A DNA stretch of 64,000 nucleotides from a bacterium (GTDB taxonomy: Bacteria > UBA8248), in the NCBI GenBank assembly GCA_965204535.1, contig OZ241996.1, positions 928,001-992,000 of the forward strand. Direction: 5' to 3'. The stretch's first letter is position 1. Each line of letters opens with the position of its first letter. Below the pieces are notes generated by a model. It was not told the DNA's origin, did not search any database, and saw only the letters and a program-made list of their open reading frames with translations. Shown in pieces: positions 31,200 through 41,406 of the stretch. The position numbers were made by a program, and so were the translations under genes.

Positions 31200-31592
31200 A
31201 TCACTCCCCCCTTGAGGGGGTTGTTGAAAAAGCTCCTGAGAGGGGAATGGCAACCCCTTGAAAGGGAAACCACATAAAGGCAACCCCCCCTTGTCAGGGG
31301 GGTAAAAAAGCGACGCCCGCCGCCGGTTCGCCAATCGTCGGTTGAGGGGCTTTTGTTTTTTCTTGCCCCCCTGACAAGGGGGGTAGGGGGGGGTGCTCCT
31401 TTGGCTAAGGTTTTTTCAACAGCCCCTCCCCGGTCGGCATTGATTGCCGGAATGACGAGCAATAGCGGTATCCACATTGTAGGGGCGGTGCGCGAACCGC
31501 CCCTACGGGGCCACGGGGAAGCGTATTCCGGGGTTAAGGTATAAGAACAGGCGCGCTCGCACAGTAGGGACAGGTCGCGACCTGTCCCTACA
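31200..31592. repeat. Composite repeat cluster
   Basis: CACTCCCCCCTTGAGGGG|GTTGTTGAAAAA...TTTTTCAACAGCCC, TTGTCAGGGGGG pair, two self-palindromic GTAG REPs. Confidence 0.85.
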
Positions 31593-31600
31593 ATCAAAAC

Positions 31601-32569
31601 CTACTTCGCTTTATCCAGAATCCCCGTCGCCTCCAGGTCCTTGCGGAACGCGTCCTTCTCGCGCTGCGTCAGGGGCACGATGGGCGGGCGCGGCTCGCCC
31701 GCGGGCAGGCCGAGCAGCTTCGTCCATTCCTTGAGATAGGCCGTCGTGCGCCCGTTCGGACCCGTCGTGAAATACTTCTTGCGCACCGCCCGCAGGGGTT
31801 CCAGCGAGTAGTTGATCTGCCAGGCCTTTTCCGTGTCGCCGGCCATCGCGGCTTCGTAGTAGTCGCGGATCGGCGTGTAGCCCGGCACCTGGAAGAGATA
31901 CGGCACGGGCGAGGACATGTGCACCTGCATATCCAGATGCAGGAGGCTGACCAGGAAGTTCTCCTCGTTCGGGTCGCAGACGACGATCTCATCCCCCACG
32001 CGGCGGCGCACCTCGCTCTGGTGCGCCATGCTGGGGACGGCGTTCTTGATGCAGCAGATGTTCTCGAGCGTGCACAGCCGCTCGATAAGCTCGGGGCTGA
32101 GCGTCGTGCCCGACTTGGGCTGGTTGAACAGCGAGAGGCCGATGTCTATCTGATCGCAGATGGTCTTGAAGTAGAGGAAAATCTCGTCGTCATCGTGCGC
32201 GCCGTAGACCGGGTTGATCATGATGGCGTAATCGGCCCCCACTTCCTCGGCGTGTTTCGTTAGCTCCACCGCTTCTTTGATGTTGATGTGCGGCGTGTGG
32301 GGGATGGTCTGCGCGCCGCCCCGGCTCTCCTCGCAGACGATGTGCTGCACGCGCTTTCGCTCCTCTGGCGACAGCGACCAGAACTCGCCCATCAGCCCGT
32401 TGCAGAAAAACCCGTCTATCTTGAGGTCGTCGATGCACGTTCTTACGATCTTGCGAAGGCCCTCCTCGTCCAGTTCGCCATCGGGCGTGAAGGGCGTCGT
32501 CAACGCGGCCCAGACCCCCGTCATGTGCTCCCTGCAATACGCTTTCGCTTCCGATTTCGTGTATTCCAT
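31601..32569 (-). CDS. DapA/NAL-superfamily aldolase-like protein
   Basis: TTPFTPDGELDEEG, GLMGEFWSLS, IKNA Schiff-base Lys, PRPP. Confidence 0.85.
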   Translation of the reverse strand: MEYTKSEAKAYCREHMTGVWAALTTPFTPDGELDEEGLRKIVRTCIDDLKIDGFFCNGLMGEFWSLSPEERKRVQHIVCEESRGGAQTIPHTPHINIKEAVELTKHAEEVGADYAIMINPVYGAHDDDEIFLYFKTICDQIDIGLSLFNQPKSGTTLSPELIERLCTLENICCIKNAVPSMAHQSEVRRRVGDEIVVCDPNEENFLVSLLHLDMQVHMSSPVPYLFQVPGYTPIRDYYEAAMAGDTEKAWQINYSLEPLRAVRKKYFTTGPNGRTTAYLKEWTKLLGLPAGEPRPPIVPLTQREKDAFRKDLEATGILDKAK

Positions 32570-32708
32570 GATGCGCTCCCCTTTTCAAGGACGATGCGGA
32601 ACCAAAGAAAACCCGATGGCCGGTTATCTTGCACCGGCGCTTTATTTTCTCGAATATCTTTCCATCATATACCCGCCAACCCTCACCGCAAAGCGCCGCG
32701 CGTGGGTT

Positions 32709-33635
32709 TCAATTCCTGAAAGAAGGCCGCAACTGCGCGATCCCCCTCCCGTATATGAAGCCCATGATCCCGCGCGGGGCGTAGAGGATGATCAGCACGA
32801 TAAAGATTCCCGAAGCCAGCTTGTGGAAATGGGGAAAATGCGCCCAGCTGAACTCAAGTATGAGATAGAGCGCCGTCGCCCCGATCACGGGCCCCCACGC
32901 CGTGCCCCGCCCGCCCAGGATGCACATGAGCACCATCTGGACGCTGAACAGGATGTTGAACACCGTCTCGGGGTCGATGTAGGTGATGTAGCGGGCGTAG
33001 ATCCCACCGACGACGCCAGGGAAGAACGCGCTCATGATGAAGGCGATCAGCTTGTAGAGGGTCGTGTTCGTCCCCAGCGTGTCGGCGGCCGTCTCGTCCT
33101 CTCGTATCGAGAGGAGTCTCAGGCCGAAGCGGCTCGATTCGAGCCAACGCATCACGAGAAATACGGATAGTGCCGTCAGCCCCATCGCGAAGTAGAGCGG
33201 GACGATTTGCCGGATGATGGGGAGGGATATCCCCTCCGCACCGCCCGTGATCTCGTCGAACACCGAGGCGATGATGGCCATGAGCTCGTTCAGACCGAGC
33301 ATGAAGATGGCGAAAAAAGGCCCCCGGAGCCTAAGGCAGAGCGCGCCCACGGGAACCGCCAGCAGGGATGCGCCTAAGCCCCCGATCAGGGAAGCGGGCA
33401 GCCAGTGGGTTCCCCAGTTGGTTATCTGCAGCGCCGTCAGGTACGCGCCGACCCCGAAGAAGACCGCGTGCCCCAGCGAGATGTAGCCCGCGAAGCCGGA
33501 GATGATGTTCCAGCCGCTGGCCAGGCTGATGTACATGAAGATCAAAAGCGCCATCGATATGAAATAAGGCCCCATGAACACGGGATACAGGCAAAGCGCG
33601 GCCAGTGCGGCGATGAAGAGAGCGTATTTTTTCAC
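32709..33635 (-). CDS. Branched-chain amino acid ABC permease (LivM-like)
   Basis: GYISLGHAVFFGVGAY, IREDETAA, ILGGRGTAWGP. Confidence 0.92.
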   Translation of the reverse strand: MKKYALFIAALAALCLYPVFMGPYFISMALLIFMYISLASGWNIISGFAGYISLGHAVFFGVGAYLTALQITNWGTHWLPASLIGGLGASLLAVPVGALCLRLRGPFFAIFMLGLNELMAIIASVFDEITGGAEGISLPIIRQIVPLYFAMGLTALSVFLVMRWLESSRFGLRLLSIREDETAADTLGTNTTLYKLIAFIMSAFFPGVVGGIYARYITYIDPETVFNILFSVQMVLMCILGGRGTAWGPVIGATALYLILEFSWAHFPHFHKLASGIFIVLIILYAPRGIMGFIYGRGIAQLRPSFRN

Positions 33636-33642
33636 TTGCGCT

Positions 33643-34521
33643 TCATTCCACCCGGCGGCCCATGAGGCCCGTGGGGCGGAAGATGAGGATGAGCAGCAGG
33701 ATGGCGAATGAAATCGCTCCGCCTCCCTCTCCGCTCAGGTAGAGGCTGCCCACGCCCTCCGCCACCCCGAGGATCATCCCGCCGAGCATGGCGCCCACGA
33801 CGTGGCCCATTCCCCCGAGCACGATGACGGTGAACGAGCGCATGAGGAACGACTCGCCCATCTCGGGATAGATGGCGAACATGATGCTCGCCAGCACGCC
33901 CGCGGCCCCGCCCATCGCGCTCGCCAGGCCGAAGGTGATGAAGTAGATGCGCTTCACGTAGATACCGCAGGTGGCCGCGAGGTCGTGGCTGCCTGCGGTG
34001 GCGCGGATGGCTTTCCCCAGCCGGGAGAATTTGAGGAAGAAGTAGACGCCTCCGGTCAGCACGATGGCGAGGACGGCGGCCACCACGCGGGGCTTGGGAA
34101 ACACCAGCGAGCCGTAGAGCCACGAGCCGGAGAGGTAGGGGATGGCCTTGAAGTCGGTGGTCCACAGCCAGATGCCGATGTTCACGATGCAGATGGAGAT
34201 ACCGAAGGTAACGAGGAGGGAGTTCGTCTCGATGTCCTCGACGATCTTGTCGACGATGCCCTTTTCGATGAGGGCGCCCACGGCGAACATGAGCGGGGCG
34301 GCGGCCAGGATGGCCAACAGGGGACTCAGGCCGAACTGGTGAAAGAGCCAGAAGCTCACGTAGGCGCCCAGCATGAGCATCTCGCCGTGAGAGATGTTGA
34401 TGACGTGCATGACGCCGAAGACCATCGTGAGGCCGAGCGCGAGAAGGGCGTACACCGTGCCCATCAGTATGCCGCTGATGACGGCTTGAGATAACATGAT
34501 CGGCATCATTTCCATGCTCAC
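33643..34521 (-). CDS. Branched-chain amino acid ABC permease (LivH-like)
   Basis: YALLALGLTMVFG, GKAIRA, VLGGMG, RPTGLMG. Confidence 0.92.
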   Translation of the reverse strand: MSMEMMPIMLSQAVISGILMGTVYALLALGLTMVFGVMHVINISHGEMLMLGAYVSFWLFHQFGLSPLLAILAAAPLMFAVGALIEKGIVDKIVEDIETNSLLVTFGISICIVNIGIWLWTTDFKAIPYLSGSWLYGSLVFPKPRVVAAVLAIVLTGGVYFFLKFSRLGKAIRATAGSHDLAATCGIYVKRIYFITFGLASAMGGAAGVLASIMFAIYPEMGESFLMRSFTVIVLGGMGHVVGAMLGGMILGVAEGVGSLYLSGEGGGAISFAILLLILIFRPTGLMGRRVE

Positions 34522-34674
34522 GGCGTAGAGTCTCCTTGCGGTTCATGAGGTAATGCCTCTTCAATGAGGGCAACCCCTGAGCCGACCCCCTCTCTCCTTG
34601 GGTTTAGGTGTCACATAGATTGTCTATCTTCCGGTCGCAACCTGCGACCTGTTTCATCAATAGGCTACCCGGTA

Positions 34675-34930
34675 GGGCTTGTTGAAAAACCCGGAGAGGG
34701 GAAATTTGTTTGTGTAGGTCGGACATATATGTCCGACATATATGCGTCCCTGGTTTTTCGCCGCCCGTCATGGGCCGCATGTATGCGGCCCCTACAAAAC
34801 CGCTCCTCCCCGGTCGCGTCAAACCCTCGTTCATCAGGGCTTTTTCAACAAGCCCCGATAGGGGCGGTTCGCGAACCGCCCCTACTCCAACTCTCATCAG
34901 CCTTCGGACAGGTCGCGACCTGTCCTTACG
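34675..34930. repeat. MITE-like element (GGGCTTGTTGAAAAA...TTTTTCAACAAGCCC) carrying REPs, inside the liv operon
   Basis: Terminal inverted repeats at 34675 and ~34855; internal GTAGGTCGGACATATATGTCCGAC / GGGCCGCATGTATGCGGCCCCTAC pair. Confidence 0.8.
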
Positions 34931-34952
34931 TCCTTTCCGGCGCAGAAAGCAG

Positions 34953-36170
34953 CTAGTTTCTTGCTCTCCACTTGGGTGTGGGGTAGACGAATTCGCCCGT
35001 GGCGACATTCTTCGGCCATACGATCACCTTCTTGCCGTTTTGCCACTGGAAGGCCGCCCACTCGTGGCCGAGCTGCATGCCTGACTTCGGGTCCACCCGG
35101 AACTGTCCCGGCATCAGACTGCTGAACTTCATCGAGGCGATGGCGTCGCGTATCTTGTCGCGGTCGAACGAACCGACCTGGTTCACCGCCCGCTCCATCA
35201 CCTCGCCGACGAGGTAGCCGTAGGCGACGTGCGAGTCCATCAAGCGCTCGTCCTTGTATTGATCGAAATACTTCTTCACGAACTCCTTGTTCCCCGGCGT
35301 TTTCATGAACGGTTCCCAGCCCGTGTAGCCGCTCACGTAGTTCGCGTCCTGGCCCGCGCCCTTCTTGGAGCCGTACTCGTCATAAGAGGCTCCCAGCATG
35401 ACGTTCAAATGGCGGGGGTTCACGTCCAACTCCTTGACCTGTTTGGAGATGGCCAGCCCGTCGGGATAGTAGCCGAACAGGCAGAGCACGTCGGGGTCGA
35501 GGCCCTTCGCCTTGAGGAGAAGCGAGGTGAAGTCCGTCGTTTTCGGGGGATACTTGTCCACCGAGAGCACCTTGAAGCCGAGTTCCTTGCTCAGCTTGAC
35601 GACTCCTTTGGAGAGAGAAGCCGGGTAGATGCTCGCCGAGTGGATGATGGCGATGGTCTTGGCACCCTTCTCCTTTAATAAGGTGAGATTGCCCAGCAGG
35701 GCGTGGTTGTTCACCCGCATCACCTGGAAGAGGTATTTATATCCTCTCGAGAACGGCTTGGAACTGCTCGATCCGCCCGCGATCATCGGAAAACGGTATT
35801 TCTCGGTGACCGTGCTCGTCGCGTAGGTGACCGGACTGCTGAACGGGCCGAAGATCATGTCCACCTTGTCGCGGTTGATGAGGCGTTCGACGAGTTTCGC
35901 CCCGGTGGTGGGGTTGCTCTCATCGTCATAGACCTTGAACGTCACCTTCCGGCCCAGGAGCCCGCCTTTCGCGTTGACGTCGCGCTGCCACATCTCGTAC
36001 CCGCGCAGCGTGAGCTTCCCGGATTTGGAGACCTTGCCGGTCAAGGCGATGGCCACCCCGATCGTGAGCGGCTTTTTCGCTGCATCGGCGGGCGCGGCGG
36101 AGAGAACGATTCCCAAAGCAAACGCCAGCCCGATGAAAATGCAAAACACTCGTTTCACTTGCGCGCTCAT
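34953..36170 (-). CDS. Liv-type ABC substrate-binding protein
   Basis: Signal peptide, NAKGGLLGRKV, YDDES, FGPFSS, QWQNGK; start MSAQVK with GAGG RBS. Confidence 0.9.
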   Translation of the reverse strand: MSAQVKRVFCIFIGLAFALGIVLSAAPADAAKKPLTIGVAIALTGKVSKSGKLTLRGYEMWQRDVNAKGGLLGRKVTFKVYDDESNPTTGAKLVERLINRDKVDMIFGPFSSPVTYATSTVTEKYRFPMIAGGSSSSKPFSRGYKYLFQVMRVNNHALLGNLTLLKEKGAKTIAIIHSASIYPASLSKGVVKLSKELGFKVLSVDKYPPKTTDFTSLLLKAKGLDPDVLCLFGYYPDGLAISKQVKELDVNPRHLNVMLGASYDEYGSKKGAGQDANYVSGYTGWEPFMKTPGNKEFVKKYFDQYKDERLMDSHVAYGYLVGEVMERAVNQVGSFDRDKIRDAIASMKFSSLMPGQFRVDPKSGMQLGHEWAAFQWQNGKKVIVWPKNVATGEFVYPTPKWRARN

Positions 36171-36218
36171 GGTTTTTCCTCTCGGTGAAGGGGCCGCGCC
36201 GCCGGACAACGACTTCGG

Positions 36219-38000
36219 GAGACTGTGAGAGTATTGGATTTCACAGTCTCCGGAACAGGGCTCGCTTACGCTTGCAGCCCGATGGCCGGACACTGTCTTC
36301 AACTTCGGGAGCAACAACACCGCAGAGCCGGGAGAGAAACGTCTCGGCGGCCGGTCAGCTCGGGGTCGCGGTCAAGTCCTCGAAGAATCGGCTTCAAGTT
36401 CACACGCCATTCGTCCCCAACCGCTGTTTTTGCAGACAATGCTCCACAAATGCAGCTCCGCCCAGCACACGCATGACCCGCTTGAAGTTGTAACCCAGCG
36501 TCATCAGGCTGAATTCGCCGCGGCATTTGCCGAGTCCGCGCATCACAAAATGATCCATCCCCGCCCAGCGCTTGATCGTACCGAATGGATGTTCGACGAG
36601 TGTGCTTCGCCCGCGCATCAATGGCACACGGGCGTTCATCTTCTTGCGATGCCGGTCCACCACGTCCTCATGCTCCCAGCGTTGTATCCTGCGCGTCGAT
36701 CTCGACTTTGTCAGGCATCGGCCCGACAACGAACAGTCCCGGCAAACCGCCGCCGTCCCGCGATAAAAGTAATACAGCCTGCCCCTGACGGTGGTCGTGC
36801 CGCCTCGAACCAGACGCTCTCCGGCCGGACAGACATACGTGTCATCCTGCGCATCGTAACGGAATTCATCGCTGCCGAATCGTCCGTCCTTGCCCTTGCG
36901 GGCCGTCTGGTTCGGTATCGGAACATACACCTCCATTCCCTTGTCTTCGCAACTCTTCAACTGTGCGCCGTTGAAGTAGCCCGAATCCGCCAGGCCGACC
37001 AGGCGTTCGCTGCCCATGGCTTCGCCGGCTTTCGTCATCATCGGCTCCAACTGAGCGGAGTCATTGCCGTCCTGCACCACATCCTCCGCGACAATCAGCT
37101 TGTGCTTGTCGTCCACCGCGATCTGGCAGTTGTATCCGCCCACCATTATATCGCCGTTCCTCAGAAGTCGAGCATCTGCATCGACCCCCGATACCTGACG
37201 CTCTCCGCTTTCCTGCAAATGCTCTTGCAGTGCCTTCTTCTTTTGTTGCCTCTCGATCAAGGCCTTGAGCTTCACCGGCAGGTCCGGATCCTCCGAACCG
37301 TCCCCACACTCCTCCCCGCGCGCATCCGCCTCGTCCAACTGCCGGTGATACGCCGCAATCCTCTTCTCCAAACGCCTCAGGTCCCTTGCCAGGGACCGCT
37401 TGGTTTGGAAGCTGTCCAGGTTCGCATCGGCCTTCAAAAAAGTCCCGTCGACCGCCACCCGGCTGCCGCCCAGCAGCGAGAGTTCGCGGCACAGCAGCAC
37501 GAACTCCCGGTTGGCCTCCTGCAGCGCAGCCACATTGTTCTTGCGAAAATCCGCAATCGTCTTGTAGCTCGGCGTCGCACCCTGGCACAGCCAGATCACT
37601 TCCAGATTGCGCCGCGTCTCCGCTTCGAGACGGCGCGAACTCCGTACCCGGTGCTGGTAGCCGTACAGATACAGCTTCAGCAGCAGCGCCGGGTCGAAAG
37701 CCGGCTGACCGGCGCCGCAGTTCGCTTCGGCATGCGCGAACCCCAGCGCCTCCAGGTCCAGCGTGCCGACGAACGCATCGATCGCGCGCACCGCATTGTG
37801 CTCGGACACGTAGTCGTCCAGACACGGCGGAAGCAGCATCATCTGGCTTCGGGACTGCACCTCCTGATAACGTCTCTCGGACATGGTGGTGACCCTTTAT
37901 GTGGTTATCTCACTCACCGGTAAAGATAGCATGTACAGACAACCCGGGCATCGCTCGCCAGCGTCACCCACCAGAATCGTGGGAATACTTTCACAGTCTC
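36219..38000 (-). mobile_element. Complete IS1182-family insertion sequence
   Basis: 17-bp IRs GAGACTGTGAGAGTATT / AATACTTTCACAGTCTC (1 mismatch); 16-bp target duplication CGGACAACGACTTCGG at 36203 and 38001. Confidence 0.92.
36400..37884 (-). CDS. IS1182-family DDE transposase
   Basis: LLKLYLYGY...SSRRLE, PSYKTIADFR, AVDGT, ADSGY, VEHPFGTIK. Confidence 0.95.
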   Translation of the reverse strand: MSERRYQEVQSRSQMMLLPPCLDDYVSEHNAVRAIDAFVGTLDLEALGFAHAEANCGAGQPAFDPALLLKLYLYGYQHRVRSSRRLEAETRRNLEVIWLCQGATPSYKTIADFRKNNVAALQEANREFVLLCRELSLLGGSRVAVDGTFLKADANLDSFQTKRSLARDLRRLEKRIAAYHRQLDEADARGEECGDGSEDPDLPVKLKALIERQQKKKALQEHLQESGERQVSGVDADARLLRNGDIMVGGYNCQIAVDDKHKLIVAEDVVQDGNDSAQLEPMMTKAGEAMGSERLVGLADSGYFNGAQLKSCEDKGMEVYVPIPNQTARKGKDGRFGSDEFRYDAQDDTYVCPAGERLVRGGTTTVRGRLYYFYRGTAAVCRDCSLSGRCLTKSRSTRRIQRWEHEDVVDRHRKKMNARVPLMRGRSTLVEHPFGTIKRWAGMDHFVMRGLGKCRGEFSLMTLGYNFKRVMRVLGGAAFVEHCLQKQRLGTNGV

Positions 38001-38414
38001 CGGACAACGACTTCGGGCGCTGCGGCCCGGGTAGAAAAGAAAAGCGCCCGAACGGGAACGCGTCGGGGCGCTGCGATATTTCCTGAGACTGGATGTAGAA
38101 GGCGGTTTTCCGCCCGAAGAACTCGCGGAGGGATGCTGCGAGGATGGCTGTCGGGAAAAAAGGGGAGAACCCATCGCAAGCGCCTCCTGGTTTCGTGCAG
38201 GAAGGCCGTCTCGAATCCGGTTCTTTATGAAGGATGATGAATGGAAAGAATCGTATGGCCCGGGTGATTCCGTGTCAAGCTTGGGGACGGGGGGGGAGAG
38301 GGTGGAAGTGAAGGGTATTGCGCAGAGACAGGCCTCCGTGACTGTCTGGTCCGTTGAGGGACGGGGGGACAACCACAGGGGGTTGCCCCTGCGGGATTTC
38401 GGCAAGCCCTCCCG

Positions 38415-39833
38415 CTACCCGGACATCTTCCCGGCCAGAGCTTCGAACGCTTTCTGGAACGGCGCTTCGGGCGCGCGGAGGACGCCTGCGCCTATCTGGC
38501 CGACGCCCGGCTCGCGGTGGGCGATGCCCGTGTTGATGACGGGGTAGATGCCCGTCTCGATCACCTTGCGGATATCGACCCCCGTCGGCGCGCCCGCGAA
38601 ATCGAGGGCGGGCAGGGTGTAGTCGCGGCTCCGCGCCCAGGTGATCCCGTACATCTCGTTCGTCGCCCGAAAGGCCTCCGCCGTCGAGCCGCCCACGAAC
38701 TCGACGATGGCGGGCGCCGCCGCCATCGCGAAGCCGCCGACGCCGAGCGTTTCCATGATCGCCGAATCGCCGATGTCGGGATTGGCGTCTTCCTGCGAGT
38801 AGCCGGGGAAGAAGAGCCCCACGGGATTTTTCGCGGGCGCCGTGAACCACGCATCGCCCAGACCGGCGACCCTGATGCCGAAATCCGTGCCGTTGCGCGA
38901 CATGGCGTAGACCAGGGAGCAGCCCTCGACCCCCGCCATGGCGTCGAGGCTCGCCTTGGCGGCGGGCATCGCGAGGTTCAGGAAGAAGTGGTCGTTGCCC
39001 GCGAGAAATTCCGCCGCGCGGGAGATCACCTTGGTGTCATTCACAGCGTCCGCGAGCCAGGGCATGAGGGTGCGGGCGACCGTCGAGGTGGCCGCGACGT
39101 TCCGGTTGTGCGCCTCATCACCCATCTGCAGGGCGCGCGCGATGACGTTTTTGATGTCCAGCCCCTCCGGCATGGCCCGAAGCGCCGCGCGCAGGGCAGG
39201 GGCGAGTTCGTCCGCCATCCATTTCAGGCGCGCCAGCACGTCCTCTGAATACGCGCCGTAGCGGAGCACCTTGCCCAGGCCCTCGTTCAGCGTGCAGTAA
39301 GCCCTCCCGCCGCCACCGAGTTCCTCAGGCGCCCGGTTTTCGATGATGCTCACCGGCATCGAGGGCGAGACCACGCCCGCCATCGGCCCCACCGCCGAGT
39401 GGTGGTGACAGGGCTCGAAAGCGATATCGCCGCTTGCGCAGAGTTTTTCGGCCGCCTCCGCGTCCTGCGCCCAGCCTTCGAGAAGCGCCGCGCCGATCAT
39501 CGCGCCCTTGAGAGGCCCCGACATTCTACCCCACGCGATGGGAGGGCCCGCGTGCAGGAGGGTGCGCTCGCCCATGCCCGGCACCACGTCTATGGCTGTT
39601 CCGATATCCACCCACACGGGTCTGGCCGCCTGGAGGCGCTCGATGGCGGCGTCGTTGGCCGCATCGCAAGCGGCCAGTCGGTCGAGTCGGTCGATCATGT
39701 CGGGGTCTCCTCCGGCGGGGGGACGCCAGTCCACCTGCACCACGGGGGCATTCTGCGCGGCCAGGCTCTCCGCGAACAGCTCCACGCCGACGTTGGCGAC
39801 GCGGACGCCCTCCAGCAAGTTTTTCGCACTCAT
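38415..39833 (-). CDS. DUF1116 (YlbE/YahG, AllG-like) protein
   Basis: LHAGPP, PCHHHSAVGPMAG, NEGLGKVLRYGA, MGDEAHNRN, DIGDSAIMET, INTGIAH. Confidence 0.9.
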   Translation of the reverse strand: MSAKNLLEGVRVANVGVELFAESLAAQNAPVVQVDWRPPAGGDPDMIDRLDRLAACDAANDAAIERLQAARPVWVDIGTAIDVVPGMGERTLLHAGPPIAWGRMSGPLKGAMIGAALLEGWAQDAEAAEKLCASGDIAFEPCHHHSAVGPMAGVVSPSMPVSIIENRAPEELGGGGRAYCTLNEGLGKVLRYGAYSEDVLARLKWMADELAPALRAALRAMPEGLDIKNVIARALQMGDEAHNRNVAATSTVARTLMPWLADAVNDTKVISRAAEFLAGNDHFFLNLAMPAAKASLDAMAGVEGCSLVYAMSRNGTDFGIRVAGLGDAWFTAPAKNPVGLFFPGYSQEDANPDIGDSAIMETLGVGGFAMAAAPAIVEFVGGSTAEAFRATNEMYGITWARSRDYTLPALDFAGAPTGVDIRKVIETGIYPVINTGIAHREPGVGQIGAGVLRAPEAPFQKAFEALAGKMSG

Positions 39834-41386
39834 CCGCCCGGACCCTCGAGTGCGGCGGCAGCGGCGAGGCACGCCCCTTCGTGCGTATCCGCCACGAGGA
39901 CGCCTGCCTCTTTAAGTTTCACGCGCTGTGCCGTCAAACCCTGCGGGTCGCCCTCTGTGCCCGTCACCGAGCCGACGAACAGGACACCGGGACTCGACTC
40001 CTGGGCCTCCTCAATCGCCTTCGCCGCCTCTCCCGCCGGGTCTTCATGCGCGCCGAGTCCCAGCACCACGTCGAAGAGCACGACCGCCGTTTCGGGGTCT
40101 CCCGCTTCCTGGATGATGCGCTTGCTTCTGGGCGCGGGGTCGATCATGGGATGGGGTTTCCCCCGCGTGAAGAGGTCGTCGCCCATGTCCACGACCGCGT
40201 GGCCTTTCGATTTCAGGGGGTCGGGCATTTGTCCGCTAATTTTATCGAGGGGCGCGTTGGAGGAAATCCCCGGAGTTGATTTGCCGATTATCGCCTGCGC
40301 CTCGGCGCACAGCGTACCGCCCGTATAGACGCCGCGCAGGAAACGGCGGCCTTCCTCGCGCGCGCGGCTCCACCCGGCGATTCTCTCTCTCGTATCGGAG
40401 TCGAGTCCAGGAGCCGCCGCGTCGGCGCGCCCGCCGCTCAGCGAGACGGCGAGCCTCCCCGCTTCGGCCAGCGAGTCCGCGGCGTGAAGACCGGGATGCG
40501 CGAGGATATCCTCGTCCCGGCCCCCGACGAAGTGGATGACGGCGGGCTTTCCACACCGCGCAACCGTCTCCAATACTTTCTCCATCGCCGCGGCTTCGGG
40601 CGGTTTTCCGAGTACGAGGAGGACCTCCGTCGCCGCATCCTCGCTCAAGGTCTCGATAGCCTGGATCATGGCGAGGCCGCCGACGGCGTCGGTGACGTCG
40701 CGCCCCCCTGTTCCCAGGGCGCAGGAGATTCCGCCGCCTGCGGCGTCGATGGCGGCCATCGCCTCCTGAATCCCCGTTCCGGCGGCGCCGACGATTCCGA
40801 TTCCGCCGGCCCTCATGACGTTGCAGAAACCCAAGCCCACGCCTGCGATGTGCGCCGTGCCGCAGTCGGGGCCCATGACGAGCAAGCCCTTGTCGCGTCC
40901 GATCTTCTTGAGCGCCACCTCGTCTTCCACCGATACGTTGTCGCTGAAGATGAGGCAGTGGAGGCCTTTATTGAGCGCGCGTTCGGCCTCGCGGCGCACG
41001 CTCGGGCCGGGAACCGAGAAAAGGGCGAGGTTGATGAGCGGGTCTTCCCCGAGCGCCGCGTCGAGCGTGGGTGCGGAGAGGCTCGCGAGCGCTCCCGCTC
41101 CGCCGCTCGCGCGGGGGGCGGTGAGCGCCGCTTCCATCATGGCGAGCTCTTCCTGCGCCGTCTGCGTGTCTTGCGCCTCGGCGACGAGGACGAGGTCGTT
41201 CGGGCCGGCGCCTTTCGCTTCTTGTGAGAGAAGGCCGCTCGATGCGAGTTGTTCCAGGTTCATCGGCGTGCCCATGAGGGCCGCCGCTTGCCTGATGTGA
41301 GTCTTCTCCGAGGCGGCGGCGCTGATTCGCATGAGCTTCACCGAATCGTGGTACGCGCCGCTTAAGACGCGGACGGCCAGCGCCAT
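39830..41386 (-). CDS. fdrA: FdrA-family protein
   Basis: YHDSVKLM, MGTPMN, FSDNV, MGPDCGTA, GTGGRD, TGGTLC, GKPHPMIDP. Confidence 0.92.
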   Translation of the reverse strand: MALAVRVLSGAYHDSVKLMRISAAASEKTHIRQAAALMGTPMNLEQLASSGLLSQEAKGAGPNDLVLVAEAQDTQTAQEELAMMEAALTAPRASGGAGALASLSAPTLDAALGEDPLINLALFSVPGPSVRREAERALNKGLHCLIFSDNVSVEDEVALKKIGRDKGLLVMGPDCGTAHIAGVGLGFCNVMRAGGIGIVGAAGTGIQEAMAAIDAAGGGISCALGTGGRDVTDAVGGLAMIQAIETLSEDAATEVLLVLGKPPEAAAMEKVLETVARCGKPAVIHFVGGRDEDILAHPGLHAADSLAEAGRLAVSLSGGRADAAAPGLDSDTRERIAGWSRAREEGRRFLRGVYTGGTLCAEAQAIIGKSTPGISSNAPLDKISGQMPDPLKSKGHAVVDMGDDLFTRGKPHPMIDPAPRSKRIIQEAGDPETAVVLFDVVLGLGAHEDPAGEAAKAIEEAQESSPGVLFVGSVTGTEGDPQGLTAQRVKLKEAGVLVADTHEGACLAAAAALEGPGG

Positions 41387-41406
41387 ATCAATCGCTCCCC
41401 GGGAGG

